Shown: positions 9,517 through 20,013, numbered from the stretch's first letter. The stretch: 64,000 bases of DNA from an uncultured Planctomycetia bacterium (GCA_964652265.1 CAZZAL010000001.1:37783-101782), one strand, 5' to 3'. Notes: a model not told the origin generated them from the sequence alone. Program-made: numbers and translations.

Positions 9517-10146
9517 TTATTTCGAATACAACTCTACTATCAGCTGTTCCTTTATATCCATTCCTACGTCGGCTCTCTCCGGAAGCCGCGTAATATCAAT
9601 CTTAAAACCTTCTGTATCCACCTTAAGCCACTCAGGCACGCCCCTGTCTTTTACCTTCTCTATCGTCTCCTTTACGCCCTTTATGATCTTCTCCTTAGGC
9701 CTGGTATGTATGATATCCCCTGTCTTGACAGAGAAAGAAGGAATATTTACCTTTCTATTGTTGACAAAGACATTGCCGTGTAAGACCATCTGCCTGGCAT
9801 GGTCCCTTGAAACAGCAAAGCATGACCTGAATACGACATTGTCTACCCTTCTCTCTAAGAGCTCCAATAGCTTTTCACCTGTTACGCCTTTAGATCCCTC
9901 TGCGATGCCAAAGTATTTTCTGAACTGCCTCTCCAGCACGCCGTATATCTTTTTTACCTTTTGTTTTTCTTTCAACTGCAGGCCGTAGTTCGATATCTTC
10001 ATGCGCCTGCCCTTTCCGTGTTGCCCAGGTGCGTAACTTCGCCTGTCAAAGGCGCACTTATCTGTATAGCAGCGGATGCCCTTTAAAAAAAGTTTTTCGC
10101 CCAGTCGCCTGCAAACCCTACATGATGCCCCTGTATATCTTGCCAT
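9517..10146 (-). CDS. rpsD: 30S ribosomal protein S4
   Basis: 209 aa. MARYTGASCRVCRR zinc-type N-terminus; conserved S4 domain. Confidence 0.93.
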   Translation of the reverse strand: MARYTGASCRVCRRLGEKLFLKGIRCYTDKCAFDRRSYAPGQHGKGRRMKISNYGLQLKEKQKVKKIYGVLERQFRKYFGIAEGSKGVTGEKLLELLERRVDNVVFRSCFAVSRDHARQMVLHGNVFVNNRKVNIPSFSVKTGDIIHTRPKEKIIKGVKETIEKVKDRGVPEWLKVDTEGFKIDITRLPERADVGMDIKEQLIVELYSK

Positions 10147-10201
10147 GAATTTCTCCTTTTATCGCAACGCTCGTGACGCGCATAACGTGACACGAATATA
10201 T

Positions 10202-10588
10202 CTACACCCTACGCCTTTTTGGAGGCCTGCACCCATTGTGCGGAATGGGTGTTACATCTTTTATAGCGCTTACGCGCAAGCCTGCTGCCTGTATGGCACG
10301 TATGGCTGACTCCCTGCCAGATCCAGGTCCTTTTACAAAGACCTCTACATCTTTAAGCCCATGCTCGAGTGCCTTTTTTGCAGCATTCGAAGCTGTGACC
10401 TGAGCAGCAAAAGGCGTTGATTTTTTGGAACCCTTAAACCCGACAGACCCGCAACTGGACCACACAACAGTATTTCCTTGCCTGTCTGCTATTGTTACTA
10501 TTGTATTGTTAAACGTGGCCAGAATATGTGCTATACCACTGGTAATATTCTTCGCAGTCTTTTTCTTTGTCTTTTTTTTCTCTACCAT
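10202..10588 (-). CDS. rpsK: 30S ribosomal protein S11
   Basis: 128 aa. [18 protein letters not shown]...[13 protein letters not shown]. Confidence 0.93.
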   Translation of the reverse strand: MVEKKKTKKKTAKNITSGIAHILATFNNTIVTIADRQGNTVVWSSCGSVGFKGSKKSTPFAAQVTASNAAKKALEHGLKDVEVFVKGPGSGRESAIRAIQAAGLRVSAIKDVTPIPHNGCRPPKRRRV

Positions 10589-10589
10589 T

Positions 10590-10991
10590 TTATTCTCCCG
10601 CCGCCGTCGGTACCTGCGTCTTAGCCTTCCTCGTTACGCCCACGGTCTTTCTTGGGCCTTTCCTGGTCCTTGCATTTGACTTTGTCCTCTGACCTCTTAC
10701 AGGCAAAGACCTTCTATGCCTGAATCCCTTGTAGGCGCCTACATCTATAAGGCGTTTTATGTTTTGTGTAGTGTCTCTCCTGAGATCACCTTCGACCTTG
10801 TATTCCTTTTGTATGATAGCAGCTATCCTGGAGACCTCCTCTTCCTTAAGGTCTTTTGACCTGGTATCAGGACTGACACCTGCGGCCTTCAGTATCTTAT
10901 TCGAAGACGGACGGCCTATACCGTAAATATAGGTCAAAGCGATCTCTATGCGTTTTTCCTTTGGTAAATCAATACCTGAAATCCTCGCCAT
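10590..10991 (-). CDS. rpsM: 30S ribosomal protein S13
   Basis: 133 aa. [26 protein letters not shown]. Confidence 0.93.
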   Translation of the reverse strand: MARISGIDLPKEKRIEIALTYIYGIGRPSSNKILKAAGVSPDTRSKDLKEEEVSRIAAIIQKEYKVEGDLRRDTTQNIKRLIDVGAYKGFRHRRSLPVRGQRTKSNARTRKGPRKTVGVTRKAKTQVPTAAGE

Positions 10992-11010
10992 TACACATAC
11001 TCCTTCTGTA

Positions 11011-11124
11011 TTACCCTTGTCTCTGTTTATGCTTTGGATTAGTGCAGATAATCCTTATCACACGCTTACGCTTAATGATCTTACATTTATCACAAATCTG
11101 TTTTACTGACGGTTTCACCTTCAT
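11011..11124 (-). CDS. rpmJ: 50S ribosomal protein L36 (zinc-ribbon)
   Basis: Hand translation gives [37 protein letters not shown] (37 aa, C-x2-C...C...H). Absent from the ORF track because it is under 60 aa. Canonical position between infA and rpsM. Confidence 0.88.
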   Translation of the reverse strand: MKVKPSVKQICDKCKIIKRKRVIRIICTNPKHKQRQG

Positions 11125-11165
11125 CTCTTTTACCTCTTTGTTTAAGGACGTCGTGAACTCTTGCC

Positions 11166-11390
11166 TTACTTTGCCCTGTATGTAATCCTGCCTCTTGTCA
11201 GGTCGTATGGCGAAAGTTCCATCTTTACCTTATCGCCCGGCAAGATCTTTATAAAATGCATCCTCATCTTGCCTGAGACATGAGCAAGTACTTTATGCCC
11301 ATTCTCCAATTCGACCTTGAACATCGCATTGGGCAATGATTCAAGTACCGTACCTTCGACCTCGATCGCCTCTTCTTTTGCCATGCTCAA
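11166..11390 (-). CDS. infA: translation initiation factor IF-1
   Basis: 74 aa. S1-like OB fold, [25 protein letters not shown]. Confidence 0.93.
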   Translation of the reverse strand: MSMAKEEAIEVEGTVLESLPNAMFKVELENGHKVLAHVSGKMRMHFIKILPGDKVKMELSPYDLTRGRITYRAK

Positions 11391-11437
11391 TACCTCATCT
11401 TAATTTGAGACCTCTTGTAACGCCAAGGGCCTCAAAT

Positions 11438-12178
11438 TCACGTCAATATCCTTGGTTCCTTGTCTGTTACGCATATTGTGTGTTCAAAATGGGCTGAAAG
11501 TTTCCTGTCCCTTGTCACTGCTGTCCAGCCGTCGCCCAATATCTCTATTTCAAAACTGCCCTCGTTGACCATGGGCTCAATAGCCAACACCATGCCTTTT
11601 TTTAACCTCGGTCCAGTGTCGGGCTTTCCAAAATTAGGTATCTCTGGATCCTCATGCATCTTCTGCCCTATGCCATGCCCTACAAAATCCCTGACAATAG
11701 AATAGCCGTTATCTTCCACATATTTCTGAATCGCATGAGAAATATCAAAGAGCCTGTTTCCCTTAACTGCTTCGGCGATCCCCAACCGAAGCGACTCTTT
11801 CGTAACACTTACTAGCCTCTTTGCATTATCAGGCGCTCTACCTACCTCTATAGTAAAGGCTGCGTCTGCATAAAAACCGTTTTTTTTAACTCCTACGTCT
11901 ACGCTCAATATGTCGCATGGCTTCAGTCGTACGCTGCCAGGTATCCCGTGGACTACCTGTTCGTTTATAGAAGTACAGATGTTTCCGGGAAAACCCCTGT
12001 AACCTTTAAAAGCTGGCATTGAGCCAAGCTGCTTTATCAGCTTCTCGGCTTTCATGTCAAGTTCTCCTGTTGCTACCCCTGGCCTTGCCAGCTTCCCAAC
12101 CTCGCGTAAAACAGTTCTTACAACCTTGCCTGCGTCTTCTATAAGGGCTATTTCACGTTCGGATCTTATCTCTATCAT
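11438..12178 (-). CDS. map: type I methionine aminopeptidase
   Basis: 246 aa. Metal ligands in FVGHGIG...EPM context. Confidence 0.9.
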   Translation of the reverse strand: MIEIRSEREIALIEDAGKVVRTVLREVGKLARPGVATGELDMKAEKLIKQLGSMPAFKGYRGFPGNICTSINEQVVHGIPGSVRLKPCDILSVDVGVKKNGFYADAAFTIEVGRAPDNAKRLVSVTKESLRLGIAEAVKGNRLFDISHAIQKYVEDNGYSIVRDFVGHGIGQKMHEDPEIPNFGKPDTGPRLKKGMVLAIEPMVNEGSFEIEILGDGWTAVTRDRKLSAHFEHTICVTDKEPRILT

Positions 12179-12815
12179 TTAAAATTCCAAAGAGCTTTTT
12201 GTAAACCGCTCCTGCGTCCAGATCTCCGGAAATCTCTTTCAATAGCCCTTTTTCTTTATAAAAATCTATCAATTCCTTTGTCTGGCTGTTAAAGACATCG
12301 AGTCTGTTCTTTATTGCCTCTTCGCTGTCGTCTTTTCTCTGGTAAAGCCCAGAGCCACACTTGTCACAGATGCCTTCTTTTTTCGGCGGCATATTTATAA
12401 TATGATAGTTTGCCCCGCAATCCTTGCAAAGCCTCCTGCCTGTCAATCTGAACACTGCTGTCTTTAAACTCGTCTCAAAATATACGACAAGGTCTATAGG
12501 GAGCTTTAACTTCAAAAGCTCAGCATCTATCTTCTTTGCCTGGTATATTGTCCTTGGAAACCCGTCCAGTATAAAATCCTTATCCCTGGCTTCCTTCTTT
12601 ATTGCCTCAAGCATCATCTCGATCACTATATCATCCGGCACCAAGTCTCCTTTTTCCATGAAAGACTTTGCCTTCTTGCCGATCTCGGTAGATTTCTTTA
12701 CGTTCTCCCGCAGTATATCGCCTGTGGAGAGATGCAGGTAACCTAATTTTTCAGAGAGCATGACTGCCTGCGTTCCCTTGCCAGCACCTGGCGGACCTAA
12801 AAGCACCATCCGCAT
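12153..12815 (-). CDS. adk: adenylate kinase (zinc-lid type)
   Basis: P-loop GPPGAGKGTQA and Cys4 LID CKDCG...CDKCG. The 274-aa ORF extends upstream into secY. The start is most likely M55 (MRMVLLGPPG) at 12813-12815, abutting the secY stop. Confidence 0.88.
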   Translation of the reverse strand: MRMVLLGPPGAGKGTQAVMLSEKLGYLHLSTGDILRENVKKSTEIGKKAKSFMEKGDLVPDDIVIEMMLEAIKKEARDKDFILDGFPRTIYQAKKIDAELLKLKLPIDLVVYFETSLKTAVFRLTGRRLCKDCGANYHIINMPPKKEGICDKCGSGLYQRKDDSEEAIKNRLDVFNSQTKELIDFYKEKGLLKEISGDLDAGAVYKKLFGILNDRDKIRT

Positions 12816-14161
12816 TATCTTCGTCCTCGTATTCTGCCCTTCTTCATGAAACCGTCGTAATGCCTCATCAAAAGCTGCGATTCTATCTGTCGCATGGTAT
12901 CCAGCATGACTCCGACCACGATAAGAAGAGCTGTGCCGCCAAAGAAACTCGCTATAAGATAAGGTACCTTTAACCACGCGCCCAGCATATCAGGAAACAC
13001 CGCTATGAACGCCAGAAAAGCCGCACCCGGTAATGTGATCCTTGTCATGATAAAATCAAAGTATTCTGCTGTTTTTCTTCCTGGCCTGACACCTGGTACA
13101 AAACCGCCGTATTTTTTCATGTTGTCAGCCACATCAGCAGGATTAAACGTTATGGCAGTATAAAAATATGCGAAGAATACAATAAGCAAGCTATAAACAA
13201 CTGTGTATAAGATCTGGCCTCTTACAAGTGACTGGGCTATTCTCTGCAATGCCCCACTCGGTATAAAACCCGCGATTGTCGCAGGAAAAAGTATTATTGA
13301 CTGCGCGAATATTATAGGTATAACGCCTGCCTGATTGACTTTTAAAGGTATATAGGTGGCCTGGCCTCCGTAGACCTTCCTGCCTACTATCCTTTTCGCG
13401 TATTGCACCGGAATCTTACGCTGGCCCTGCGTGATCAAGATAACTGCTATGATAACCCCTATCCCTATGATAGACATCACCACCAGTGTAAATGGATTGA
13501 GCTGTCTATTCTCCGGTGAAAACGGAGCAATCAAAACAAAGACCTGATAAAGAGCTGTTGGCAACCTTGAGATAATACCTGCTGTGATTATCAAGGATAT
13601 ACCGTTTCCGATGCCTCGCTCCTGGATCTGCTCGCCTAACCACATGATAAAAGCAGTACCTGTGGTGAGCGTGATAACGGTCAGGATCCTGAATCCCCAG
13701 CCAGGATTACTGACTATGGTAAGCCCCTGAAACCTTGCTGGATTCTCAAGCCAGAGACTGATAAAAAACGACTGGACTATAGCAAGTACGACTGTGCCAT
13801 AACGCGTATACTGTATTATCTTGCGCCTTCCCGTCTCGCCTTCTTTTGACAATTTTTCAAGATGCGGCACCACAGTGATCAAAAGCTGCAGTATGATCGA
13901 TGCAGAGATGTACGGCATGATCCCTAGCGCAAATATAGTCAAGCGCGTCAACGCGCCGCCGGAAAACATATTCATGATGCCAAAGAGCGTACCACCCTGA
14001 GACCTTGTTACATTTTCAAAAAACTGCACAAGCGCTGCGCCGTTCACCCCAGGAGTAGGTATATACGCTCCGACCCTGTAAACGCTTAAAAGCGCCAGAG
14101 TTATAAAGAGCTTCCTTCTGAGATCAGGTATCTTAAGAGAATTCGCTAATGCCTTTAACAT
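12815..14161 (-). CDS. secY: preprotein translocase subunit SecY
   Basis: 448 aa, 10 TM segments, conserved SecY signature. Confidence 0.93.
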   Translation of the reverse strand: MLKALANSLKIPDLRRKLFITLALLSVYRVGAYIPTPGVNGAALVQFFENVTRSQGGTLFGIMNMFSGGALTRLTIFALGIMPYISASIILQLLITVVPHLEKLSKEGETGRRKIIQYTRYGTVVLAIVQSFFISLWLENPARFQGLTIVSNPGWGFRILTVITLTTGTAFIMWLGEQIQERGIGNGISLIITAGIISRLPTALYQVFVLIAPFSPENRQLNPFTLVVMSIIGIGVIIAVILITQGQRKIPVQYAKRIVGRKVYGGQATYIPLKVNQAGVIPIIFAQSIILFPATIAGFIPSGALQRIAQSLVRGQILYTVVYSLLIVFFAYFYTAITFNPADVADNMKKYGGFVPGVRPGRKTAEYFDFIMTRITLPGAAFLAFIAVFPDMLGAWLKVPYLIASFFGGTALLIVVGVMLDTMRQIESQLLMRHYDGFMKKGRIRGRR

Positions 14162-14179
14162 ATCTTTCCTGTATCTAAA

Positions 14180-14623
14180 TTAAGTTATCTTCTCGCACTT
14201 GCCGCCTGCATTCTTGATTTTCTCCTGCGCTGATTTTGAGAATGCATGGGCCTTTATGTTTACAGGAACGCTTATTTCGCCGTCACCGAGTATCTTTAAA
14301 AAATTGACAGAACCTTTTATTACGCCTTTTTCCTTTAATACCTCAGGCGTAATGGAGGTCTCTTTTTTTAAACCTGCGAGAGAATCGAGATTTATAATAG
14401 AGTGATCCTTTTTTGGCCTTTTGCTGAATCCCCTCTTGGGCAACCTTCTTATAAGCGGCATCTGGCCGCCTTCAAAGCCCGGAGTAGTACCTTTTCCTGT
14501 GCGAGACATCTGGCCTTTGTGGCCCCTCGCGGATGTCTTTCCATGTCCAGATCCCGGCCCTCTGCCGACTATCCTTCTTCTTTTTTTAGCGCCTACTGAT
14601 GGCCTTAGATCTTCTATCTTCAT
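14180..14623 (-). CDS. rplO: 50S ribosomal protein L15
   Basis: 147 aa. Gly/Arg-rich N-terminus RGPGSGHGKTSARGHKG. Confidence 0.92.
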   Translation of the reverse strand: MKIEDLRPSVGAKKRRRIVGRGPGSGHGKTSARGHKGQMSRTGKGTTPGFEGGQMPLIRRLPKRGFSKRPKKDHSIINLDSLAGLKKETSITPEVLKEKGVIKGSVNFLKILGDGEISVPVNIKAHAFSKSAQEKIKNAGGKCEKIT

Positions 14624-14624
14624 C

Positions 14625-15188
14625 TTAACCCTCTTCCCGATCTGATCTATCGCGTTCGAGTCTTAAAAGCTTCAGGCCCTCTAATGTCGCCTTGGTAACG
14701 TTGATTGGATTTTGCGTGCCAAGGGATTTAGTAAGAATATCTTTTATGCCTACTGCGTCACAGATCGCCCGCACAGTACCTCCTGCAATAACACCTGTTC
14801 CTTCAGAAGCAGGTTTTAAAAGTACCTTGCCGGCACCAAAGCGGCCTAAGACCTCGTGAGGTATGGTCTTACCTCTCAGGTTTACTTCAAAGAAGCTCTT
14901 CTTTGCCCTAGCAAGCGCCTTTTTTATCGCCTCTGCCACTTCATTGGCCTTGCCATAGCCGCAGCCGACCTTGCCCTTGCCATTGCCTACGGTCACAAGC
15001 GCGGTAAACGAAAATCTCTTTCCGCCCTTCACGACCTTGGAGACCCTATTCACAGCTATGACCTTTTCTATAAACTGCTCGCCTTGAGCTTCATCGATCT
15101 TCCTCATCACTCTTTCTTTTGCCTTGCTTCTATCTATCAACGTAACCTCCGATATATTAAAATTTAAGCCCGGCCTGGCGTGCTGCAT
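14625..15188 (-). CDS. rpsE: 30S ribosomal protein S5
   Basis: [19 protein letters not shown] core. The first ATG overlaps rplR by 32 nt; the true start may be M28 (MRKIDEAQ). Confidence 0.9.
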   Translation of the reverse strand: MQHARPGLNFNISEVTLIDRSKAKERVMRKIDEAQGEQFIEKVIAVNRVSKVVKGGKRFSFTALVTVGNGKGKVGCGYGKANEVAEAIKKALARAKKSFFEVNLRGKTIPHEVLGRFGAGKVLLKPASEGTGVIAGGTVRAICDAVGIKDILTKSLGTQNPINVTKATLEGLKLLRLERDRSDREEG

Positions 15189-15531
15189 CAGCCAACGCCT
15201 TTATCCGACCATGATAAAGATAGCCGCCTCTGTCAAATACGATTTCCTCTATTCCTTTTTTCTTTGCCCCGCTAGACACATAAGCGCCAAACCTCTTGGC
15301 TGCCTCTATATTCCCTCCAGACTTAATTGTCTTTTTAAACTCTTTATCGTTTGTAGAAAACGCGATCAGGGTCGAAGAAGATGCATCATCTATGATCTGC
15401 ACATAGAGATTTTTATGACTCCTATGCACACTCAGCCTGGGCTTATCTTTTGTACCTGATAGGCCTTTTCTTATCCTGTAATGTCTCGTTATCCTGCCAA
15501 ACTCTGCTTTATTTCTGCTTTTTCTTCTCAT
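15157..15531 (-). CDS. rplR: 50S ribosomal protein L18
   Basis: 124 aa. [17 protein letters not shown]. Confidence 0.92.
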   Translation of the reverse strand: MRRKSRNKAEFGRITRHYRIRKGLSGTKDKPRLSVHRSHKNLYVQIIDDASSSTLIAFSTNDKEFKKTIKSGGNIEAAKRFGAYVSSGAKKKGIEEIVFDRGGYLYHGRIKALADAARQAGLKF

Positions 15532-16067
15532 TATGCGACCGCCTTACCTGCCTTCTTTCTCACGTATTCCCCTGCGTATCTTATTCCTTTACCTTTATAC
15601 GGCTCTGGTTTAAGAAAATCCCTTATCTCAGCCGCTACTTCACCGACCTTTGCCTTGTCTATACCTTCTATAACTATCTGGTTTGGCTTCGGTGTCTTCA
15701 CGCTGATACCCTCTGGCACTGAATAACTGACAGGGTGAGAAAATCCCAATTGCAGCTTAATATCTTTCCCTTGCATCTGCGCACGATAGCCGACCCCGAT
15801 GATCTCCAGTCTCTTTGTATACCCCTCGCTTACGCCCTTCACCATATTGCTTATATAGGCCCTTGTCAATCCGTGAACCGAATAGCCGATCTTGTCTTGC
15901 CTTAGCCTGTTTACAACAACCTCTTTCTCAGCTATCTTGACCTCTACGCCTTCAGGCAGCAACCACTCCAGCTTTCCTTTTGGCCCTTCTGTCAAGACCT
16001 TGCCTGTCTTTATCTCGATCTTGACCTTATCCGGGACCTGTATCGCCCTTTTACCTATTCTAGACAT
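15531..16067 (-). CDS. rplF: 50S ribosomal protein L6
   Basis: 178 aa. MSRIGKRAIQVPDKVK. Confidence 0.92.
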   Translation of the reverse strand: MSRIGKRAIQVPDKVKIEIKTGKVLTEGPKGKLEWLLPEGVEVKIAEKEVVVNRLRQDKIGYSVHGLTRAYISNMVKGVSEGYTKRLEIIGVGYRAQMQGKDIKLQLGFSHPVSYSVPEGISVKTPKPNQIVIEGIDKAKVGEVAAEIRDFLKPEPYKGKGIRYAGEYVRKKAGKAVA

Positions 16068-16086
16068 GAATTTGTTCCTTTATAAA

Positions 16087-16485
16087 TCACCACACGTGGC
16101 AGAGTATTTCTCCACCAGTCTGCATCTCTTTTGCCTGCACGTCTGTCACTATTCCTCTGGAGGTGGATAAAATAGCTATACCCAGACCTTGAAGCACAGA
16201 AGGTATCTCGTCTTTTTTAACATAATTCCTGAGGCCGGGCCTTGAGATCCTCTTTAATCCTTTTATTGCAGAGGCACCGGTCTTTGTGTACTTCAGGTAG
16301 ACCCTCAGGATGCCCTGTTTTTTATCTTCGATAAATTTGAAATCCTTTATAAAGTTCTCTCTCTTCAAGATATTCAATATCTCCTGCGAGAGCTTTGAGA
16401 ACGGAACATCCACCTTTATCTTGTTGGAGGTGGTCCCATTCCTTACTATTGTCAGCGTATTAGCTATAGGATCTGTTAAGCTCAT
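16087..16485 (-). CDS. rpsH: 30S ribosomal protein S8
   Basis: 132 aa. MSLTDPIANTLTIVRNG. Confidence 0.92.
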   Translation of the reverse strand: MSLTDPIANTLTIVRNGTTSNKIKVDVPFSKLSQEILNILKRENFIKDFKFIEDKKQGILRVYLKYTKTGASAIKGLKRISRPGLRNYVKKDEIPSVLQGLGIAILSTSRGIVTDVQAKEMQTGGEILCHVW

Positions 16486-16509
16486 TTAGGTTCTCCCTTT
16501 AATATTCTT

Positions 16510-16695
16510 CTACCAGCTGGCCTTTGTTACGCCCGGTATCTCGCCCCTAGAAGCCATCTCCCGGAAACATATACGGCATATCTGAAACTTCCTCATGTAC
16601 GCGCGACGCCTACCGCACAAACGACATCTATTATAAGCTCGCACCTTAAACTTAGGGGTCTTCTTTTGTTTTGCTATCAAGCACTCTTTTGCCAT
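16510..16695 (-). CDS. rpsZ: 30S ribosomal protein S14 type Z (zinc-binding)
   Basis: 61 aa. CRLCGR...CRIC motif. Confidence 0.92.
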   Translation of the reverse strand: MAKECLIAKQKKTPKFKVRAYNRCRLCGRRRAYMRKFQICRICFREMASRGEIPGVTKASW

Positions 16696-16698
16696 GCG

Positions 16699-17268
16699 TT
16701 ATCGCCCCGTCTCTTTCTTTTTTAATTCTCCTGCGAACGGCATGCCAAAAAGCTTCAAGAGTTCGTAGGATTCTTCCCTGGATCCTGACCTTATCTGTAT
16801 AATAACATCCATTCCCTGGACCCTGGGGAGCCTGTCGACATCTATCTCTGGGAATATAGTCTGGTCATTTAAACCAACGGCGTAATTTCCCTTGTGATCA
16901 AATGAATTGGCGTTCACGCCTCTAAAATCCCTGATCCTGGGCAATGCCACATTCACAAACCTGTCTAAAAATTCATACATACGGGTCCCGCGCAATGTTA
17001 CCTTGCAACCAACAGGCACGCCCTTGCGTATCTTAAAATTTGCTATTGCCTTCCTCGCCCTTGTCATGGCAGGTTTTTGACCTGCTATAAGAGCCAACTC
17101 TGCCATGGCCTGCTCAAGGATCTTTATGTCTTGGCTGGCAGTACCGATACCCATGTTCAAAACGATCTTCTGGATACACGGTGCCTGCAATGGATTTTTA
17201 TAACTAAATCGTTCTTTTAGCGCTGGGACTATATCTTTTTTATATCTTTCTAGTAGTCTAGGTGTCAT
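16699..17268 (-). CDS. rplE: 50S ribosomal protein L5
   Basis: 189 aa. Conserved L5 fold sequence. Confidence 0.92.
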   Translation of the reverse strand: MTPRLLERYKKDIVPALKERFSYKNPLQAPCIQKIVLNMGIGTASQDIKILEQAMAELALIAGQKPAMTRARKAIANFKIRKGVPVGCKVTLRGTRMYEFLDRFVNVALPRIRDFRGVNANSFDHKGNYAVGLNDQTIFPEIDVDRLPRVQGMDVIIQIRSGSREESYELLKLFGMPFAGELKKKETGR

Positions 17269-17269
17269 T

Positions 17270-17581
17270 TTATATCAATTCCTTACATAGCTTACAGATC
17301 CTGACTTTAGTGCCGTCGGAAAGTGTGTTAAAGCTGACCTTTGCTGGTTTCGCGCATTTCTGGCACACTACCATCAGATTGGAAAGGTTGACAGGACTTT
17401 CCTTCTGTATGATGCCGCCCTGTTGATCTTCTTTTGTGCGCCTTGCGTGTTTCTTAACAAGGTTCAAACCCTGTACAAGGGCCCTGTCTATTTTTGGATA
17501 GACAAAGATCACCTTGCCTGATTTGCCTTTATCTTTTCCTGCCAAAAGTTTCACTGTGTCGTTCTTCTTTATCCTTGCCAT
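17270..17581 (-). CDS. rplX: 50S ribosomal protein L24 (KOW) with Cys4 C-terminal region
   Basis: 103 aa. KOW motif [10 protein letters not shown]; C-terminus CQKC...CKLC. Confidence 0.9.
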   Translation of the reverse strand: MARIKKNDTVKLLAGKDKGKSGKVIFVYPKIDRALVQGLNLVKKHARRTKEDQQGGIIQKESPVNLSNLMVVCQKCAKPAKVSFNTLSDGTKVRICKLCKELI

Positions 17582-17593
17582 CTTTTCCTCGCG

Positions 17594-17962
17594 CTATATC
17601 ACTTCCGGTGCAAGCGAGACGATCTTCATGAAATTTTTGTCTCGCAGCTCTCTGGCCACAGGCCCAAAGATCCTTGTCCCTCTTGGATTCATTTGAAGGT
17701 CTATAATGACTATCGCATTTCTATCAAACCTCAGATACGATCCATCGCTTCTTCTGATAGAGTTCACGCTTCTCACTATAACCGCCTTTACTACCTCGCC
17801 TTCCTTAACCACACCGTCAGGGCTTGCTTCCTTTATATTAGCGGATATGATATCTCCTATGTCAGCAAACCTCTTGCCATGTCTGCCTATTACACCTATG
17901 CAGCTTGCCATTTTGGCCCCTGTATTATCAGCTACGTCTAAGATCGTACGCATCGTAATCAT
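17594..17962 (-). CDS. rplN: 50S ribosomal protein L14
   Basis: 122 aa. [17 protein letters not shown]. Confidence 0.93.
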   Translation of the reverse strand: MITMRTILDVADNTGAKMASCIGVIGRHGKRFADIGDIISANIKEASPDGVVKEGEVVKAVIVRSVNSIRRSDGSYLRFDRNAIVIIDLQMNPRGTRIFGPVARELRDKNFMKIVSLAPEVI

Positions 17963-17964
17963 GA

Positions 17965-18213
17965 TTATTTAAGTACCTCGACTAATCGCCACTTTTTATT
18001 TTTAGATATCGGCCTTGTTTCCTGAAGCCTGACCTTATCGCCTACCTTGGCGGCTTCTTTCTCATCATGGGCCATGACCTTGCTGGAGGTTTTCATAACA
18101 CGCCTGTACATAGGGTGCTTTGTGATCCTGGTCAATCTAACGACAATGCCCTTTTTCATCTTATCGCTTATTACAACACCGGTTCTTTCTTTACGCCTCG
18201 CTCTCGCTTCCAT
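17965..18213 (-). CDS. rpsQ: 30S ribosomal protein S17
   Basis: 82 aa. OB fold, [14 protein letters not shown]. Confidence 0.92.
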   Translation of the reverse strand: MEARARRKERTGVVISDKMKKGIVVRLTRITKHPMYRRVMKTSSKVMAHDEKEAAKVGDKVRLQETRPISKNKKWRLVEVLK

Positions 18214-18218
18214 TTTAA

Positions 18219-18410
18219 TTACTTCTCCTTCTCTCTTAGTATCGTCAAGATTCTGGCGACATCGCGACGCGCTTCTTTGATCTTGCTAGGCTTTTCTATG
18301 CGGCCTGTTGCACCCTGCGAGCGCATTTCGTACAGAGACTTTTTTAACGCTAATAATTTTTCTTTCATTTCCTCTTTTGATAGATTTCTTATTTCAGCTG
18401 ATTTCATCAT
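18219..18410 (-). CDS. rpmC: 50S ribosomal protein L29
   Basis: 63 aa. EIRNLSKEEMKEKLLALKKSLYEMR. Confidence 0.9.
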   Translation of the reverse strand: MMKSAEIRNLSKEEMKEKLLALKKSLYEMRSQGATGRIEKPSKIKEARRDVARILTILREKEK

Positions 18411-18415
18411 TGTCT

Positions 18416-18835
18416 TTAACCGCGTTCTTTTCTTGTAACAAAGCGTGTTTTAAAAGGTAGTTTTGATGCTGCATACCTCATGGCTTCCCTGGCAATGTCT
18501 TCATTCACTCCTCCGAGTTCAAAGACGACCTTCCCTCTGCGGACAACGCTGACCCAATGAAGTGGCATACCTTTGCCTTTTCCCATCCTTGTCTCTGCAG
18601 GTTTTTTAGTAGCAGACTTATCAGGAAAAGCCCTTATCCACATCTTTCCTGCACCTGCCAGAGCGCGCATGACACTGATCCTGCATGCCTCTATCTGTAC
18701 ATTTGTAAGCCAGGAGTTCTCCATGGCCTGCAATCCACAGTCGCCAAAAGAAATCTTTGACCCTCTGGTAGCAATGCCTCTCATTCTGCCTCTTTGATAC
18801 TTTCTATATTTTACTCTCTTCGGCATTAATGGCAT
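18416..18835 (-). CDS. rplP: 50S ribosomal protein L16
   Basis: 139 aa. [16 protein letters not shown]. Confidence 0.92.
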   Translation of the reverse strand: MPLMPKRVKYRKYQRGRMRGIATRGSKISFGDCGLQAMENSWLTNVQIEACRISVMRALAGAGKMWIRAFPDKSATKKPAETRMGKGKGMPLHWVSVVRRGKVVFELGGVNEDIAREAMRYAASKLPFKTRFVTRKERG

Positions 18836-18841
18836 AGTCTG

Positions 18842-19516
18842 TTACCCTTTAACTTCAGGAGTTTCCTTCTTTAACAACCCTTTTTTGCCTACGATCACGT
18901 CTCCTGTGTAGATCCAGGCCTTGATGCCTATCAAACCAGCTGTGGTATGCGCCTCTGTAAACCCATAATCGACATTGGCCCTTATGGTCTGAAGCGGAAC
19001 GCTTCCCTGCATATAAGATTCTTTTCTTGCTATCTCTGCGCCGTCCAGCCTGCCGCGGCACCTCAATTTAATACCCTTCGCACCTGAGTTCATCGCCTGC
19101 TGCACAGCCCTCTTCATCGCCCTTCTAAAAGAGATCCTTTTCTCTAATTGAAACGCAATATTCTCAGCCACAAGCTGCGCTGAGATCGAAGGTACTTTTA
19201 TTTCCTTTATATCTATTTGCATGTCCCTGTTTATTATCTCCCTAAGCTCATCCCTGAGCCTGTCTATCTCTGCGCCTTTTCTCCCTATTATCACACCAGG
19301 CCTTCCGCTATATATTATTATACGCACCCGGCCACTCGCCCTTTCTATATCGATCTTGGCAATAGCAGCCTGCATCAGACTCTTTTTTATATGTTTCCTT
19401 ATATTAGCGTCCTCTATCAGCAGGGGACCGAAATCCTTTTTCTTGGCAAACCATCTGGAGCCCCAATCCTTTATGTAGCCTAACCTAAAACTGTATGGAT
19501 GTACTTTTTGGCCCAA
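18842..19516 (-). CDS. rpsC: 30S ribosomal protein S3
   Basis: 224 aa. MGQKVHPYSFRLG, KH domain. Confidence 0.93.
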   Translation of the reverse strand: MGQKVHPYSFRLGYIKDWGSRWFAKKKDFGPLLIEDANIRKHIKKSLMQAAIAKIDIERASGRVRIIIYSGRPGVIIGRKGAEIDRLRDELREIINRDMQIDIKEIKVPSISAQLVAENIAFQLEKRISFRRAMKRAVQQAMNSGAKGIKLRCRGRLDGAEIARKESYMQGSVPLQTIRANVDYGFTEAHTTAGLIGIKAWIYTGDVIVGKKGLLKKETPEVKG

Positions 19517-19527
19517 TGTATTTCTCC

Positions 19528-20001
19528 TTATTTAGTTTTCTTTGCCTTGGTTGCGGTTTTTTGTTTCTTAATTTGCGGCTTCGGCGCTTTCGCCTTTACC
19601 GTTTGTTTTTTCTCGGTTACTGTTGGCTGTTTTTTGCTCTCAACAGGTCTCTTGATCCTATCCAGTTCCAGTGTAATATGCGAAGTCCTGTGTCTGATCA
19701 TTGTTGCGCGTCCCATTGACGCAGCCCTGTATCTTTTAAGCATGGGGCCCTGGTCTGCCTTTATCAAAGAGATGCGCAGGTCAGCCGGAGAAAGATGAGA
19801 GTTCTTGTCTGCGCTATCAATAGCTGAGGAGAGAAGCCTCTTTATATAAACACACGGTCTCTTCTGGAGCGTCTCAAGGAGCGCTTCTGCCTTTACAACT
19901 GGCATACCCCTTACTAGGTCTATGACCTTTCGCGTCTTTCTTGGTGAAACCCGGATGTATCTTGCAATTGCCCTTGTTACCATAATGGTATTCCCCAGCA
20001 A
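19528..20001 (-). CDS. rplV: 50S ribosomal protein L22 with Lys-rich C-terminal tail
   Basis: 157 aa. ARYIRVSPRKTRKVIDLVRG core plus KKQPTVTEKKQTVKAKAPKPQIKKQKTATKAKKTK tail. Confidence 0.9.
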   Translation of the reverse strand: MLGNTIMVTRAIARYIRVSPRKTRKVIDLVRGMPVVKAEALLETLQKRPCVYIKRLLSSAIDSADKNSHLSPADLRISLIKADQGPMLKRYRAASMGRATMIRHRTSHITLELDRIKRPVESKKQPTVTEKKQTVKAKAPKPQIKKQKTATKAKKTK

Positions 20002-20013
20002 TGATCCTAAAAG

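Noticed and set aside
12816-12977. N-terminal 54-aa extension of the adk ORF overlapping the secY 3' end
   Set aside because: The extension has no adenylate kinase similarity. The conserved P-loop start MRMVLLGPPGAGKG begins exactly at the secY stop, so the long ORF is an artefact of first-ATG calling.
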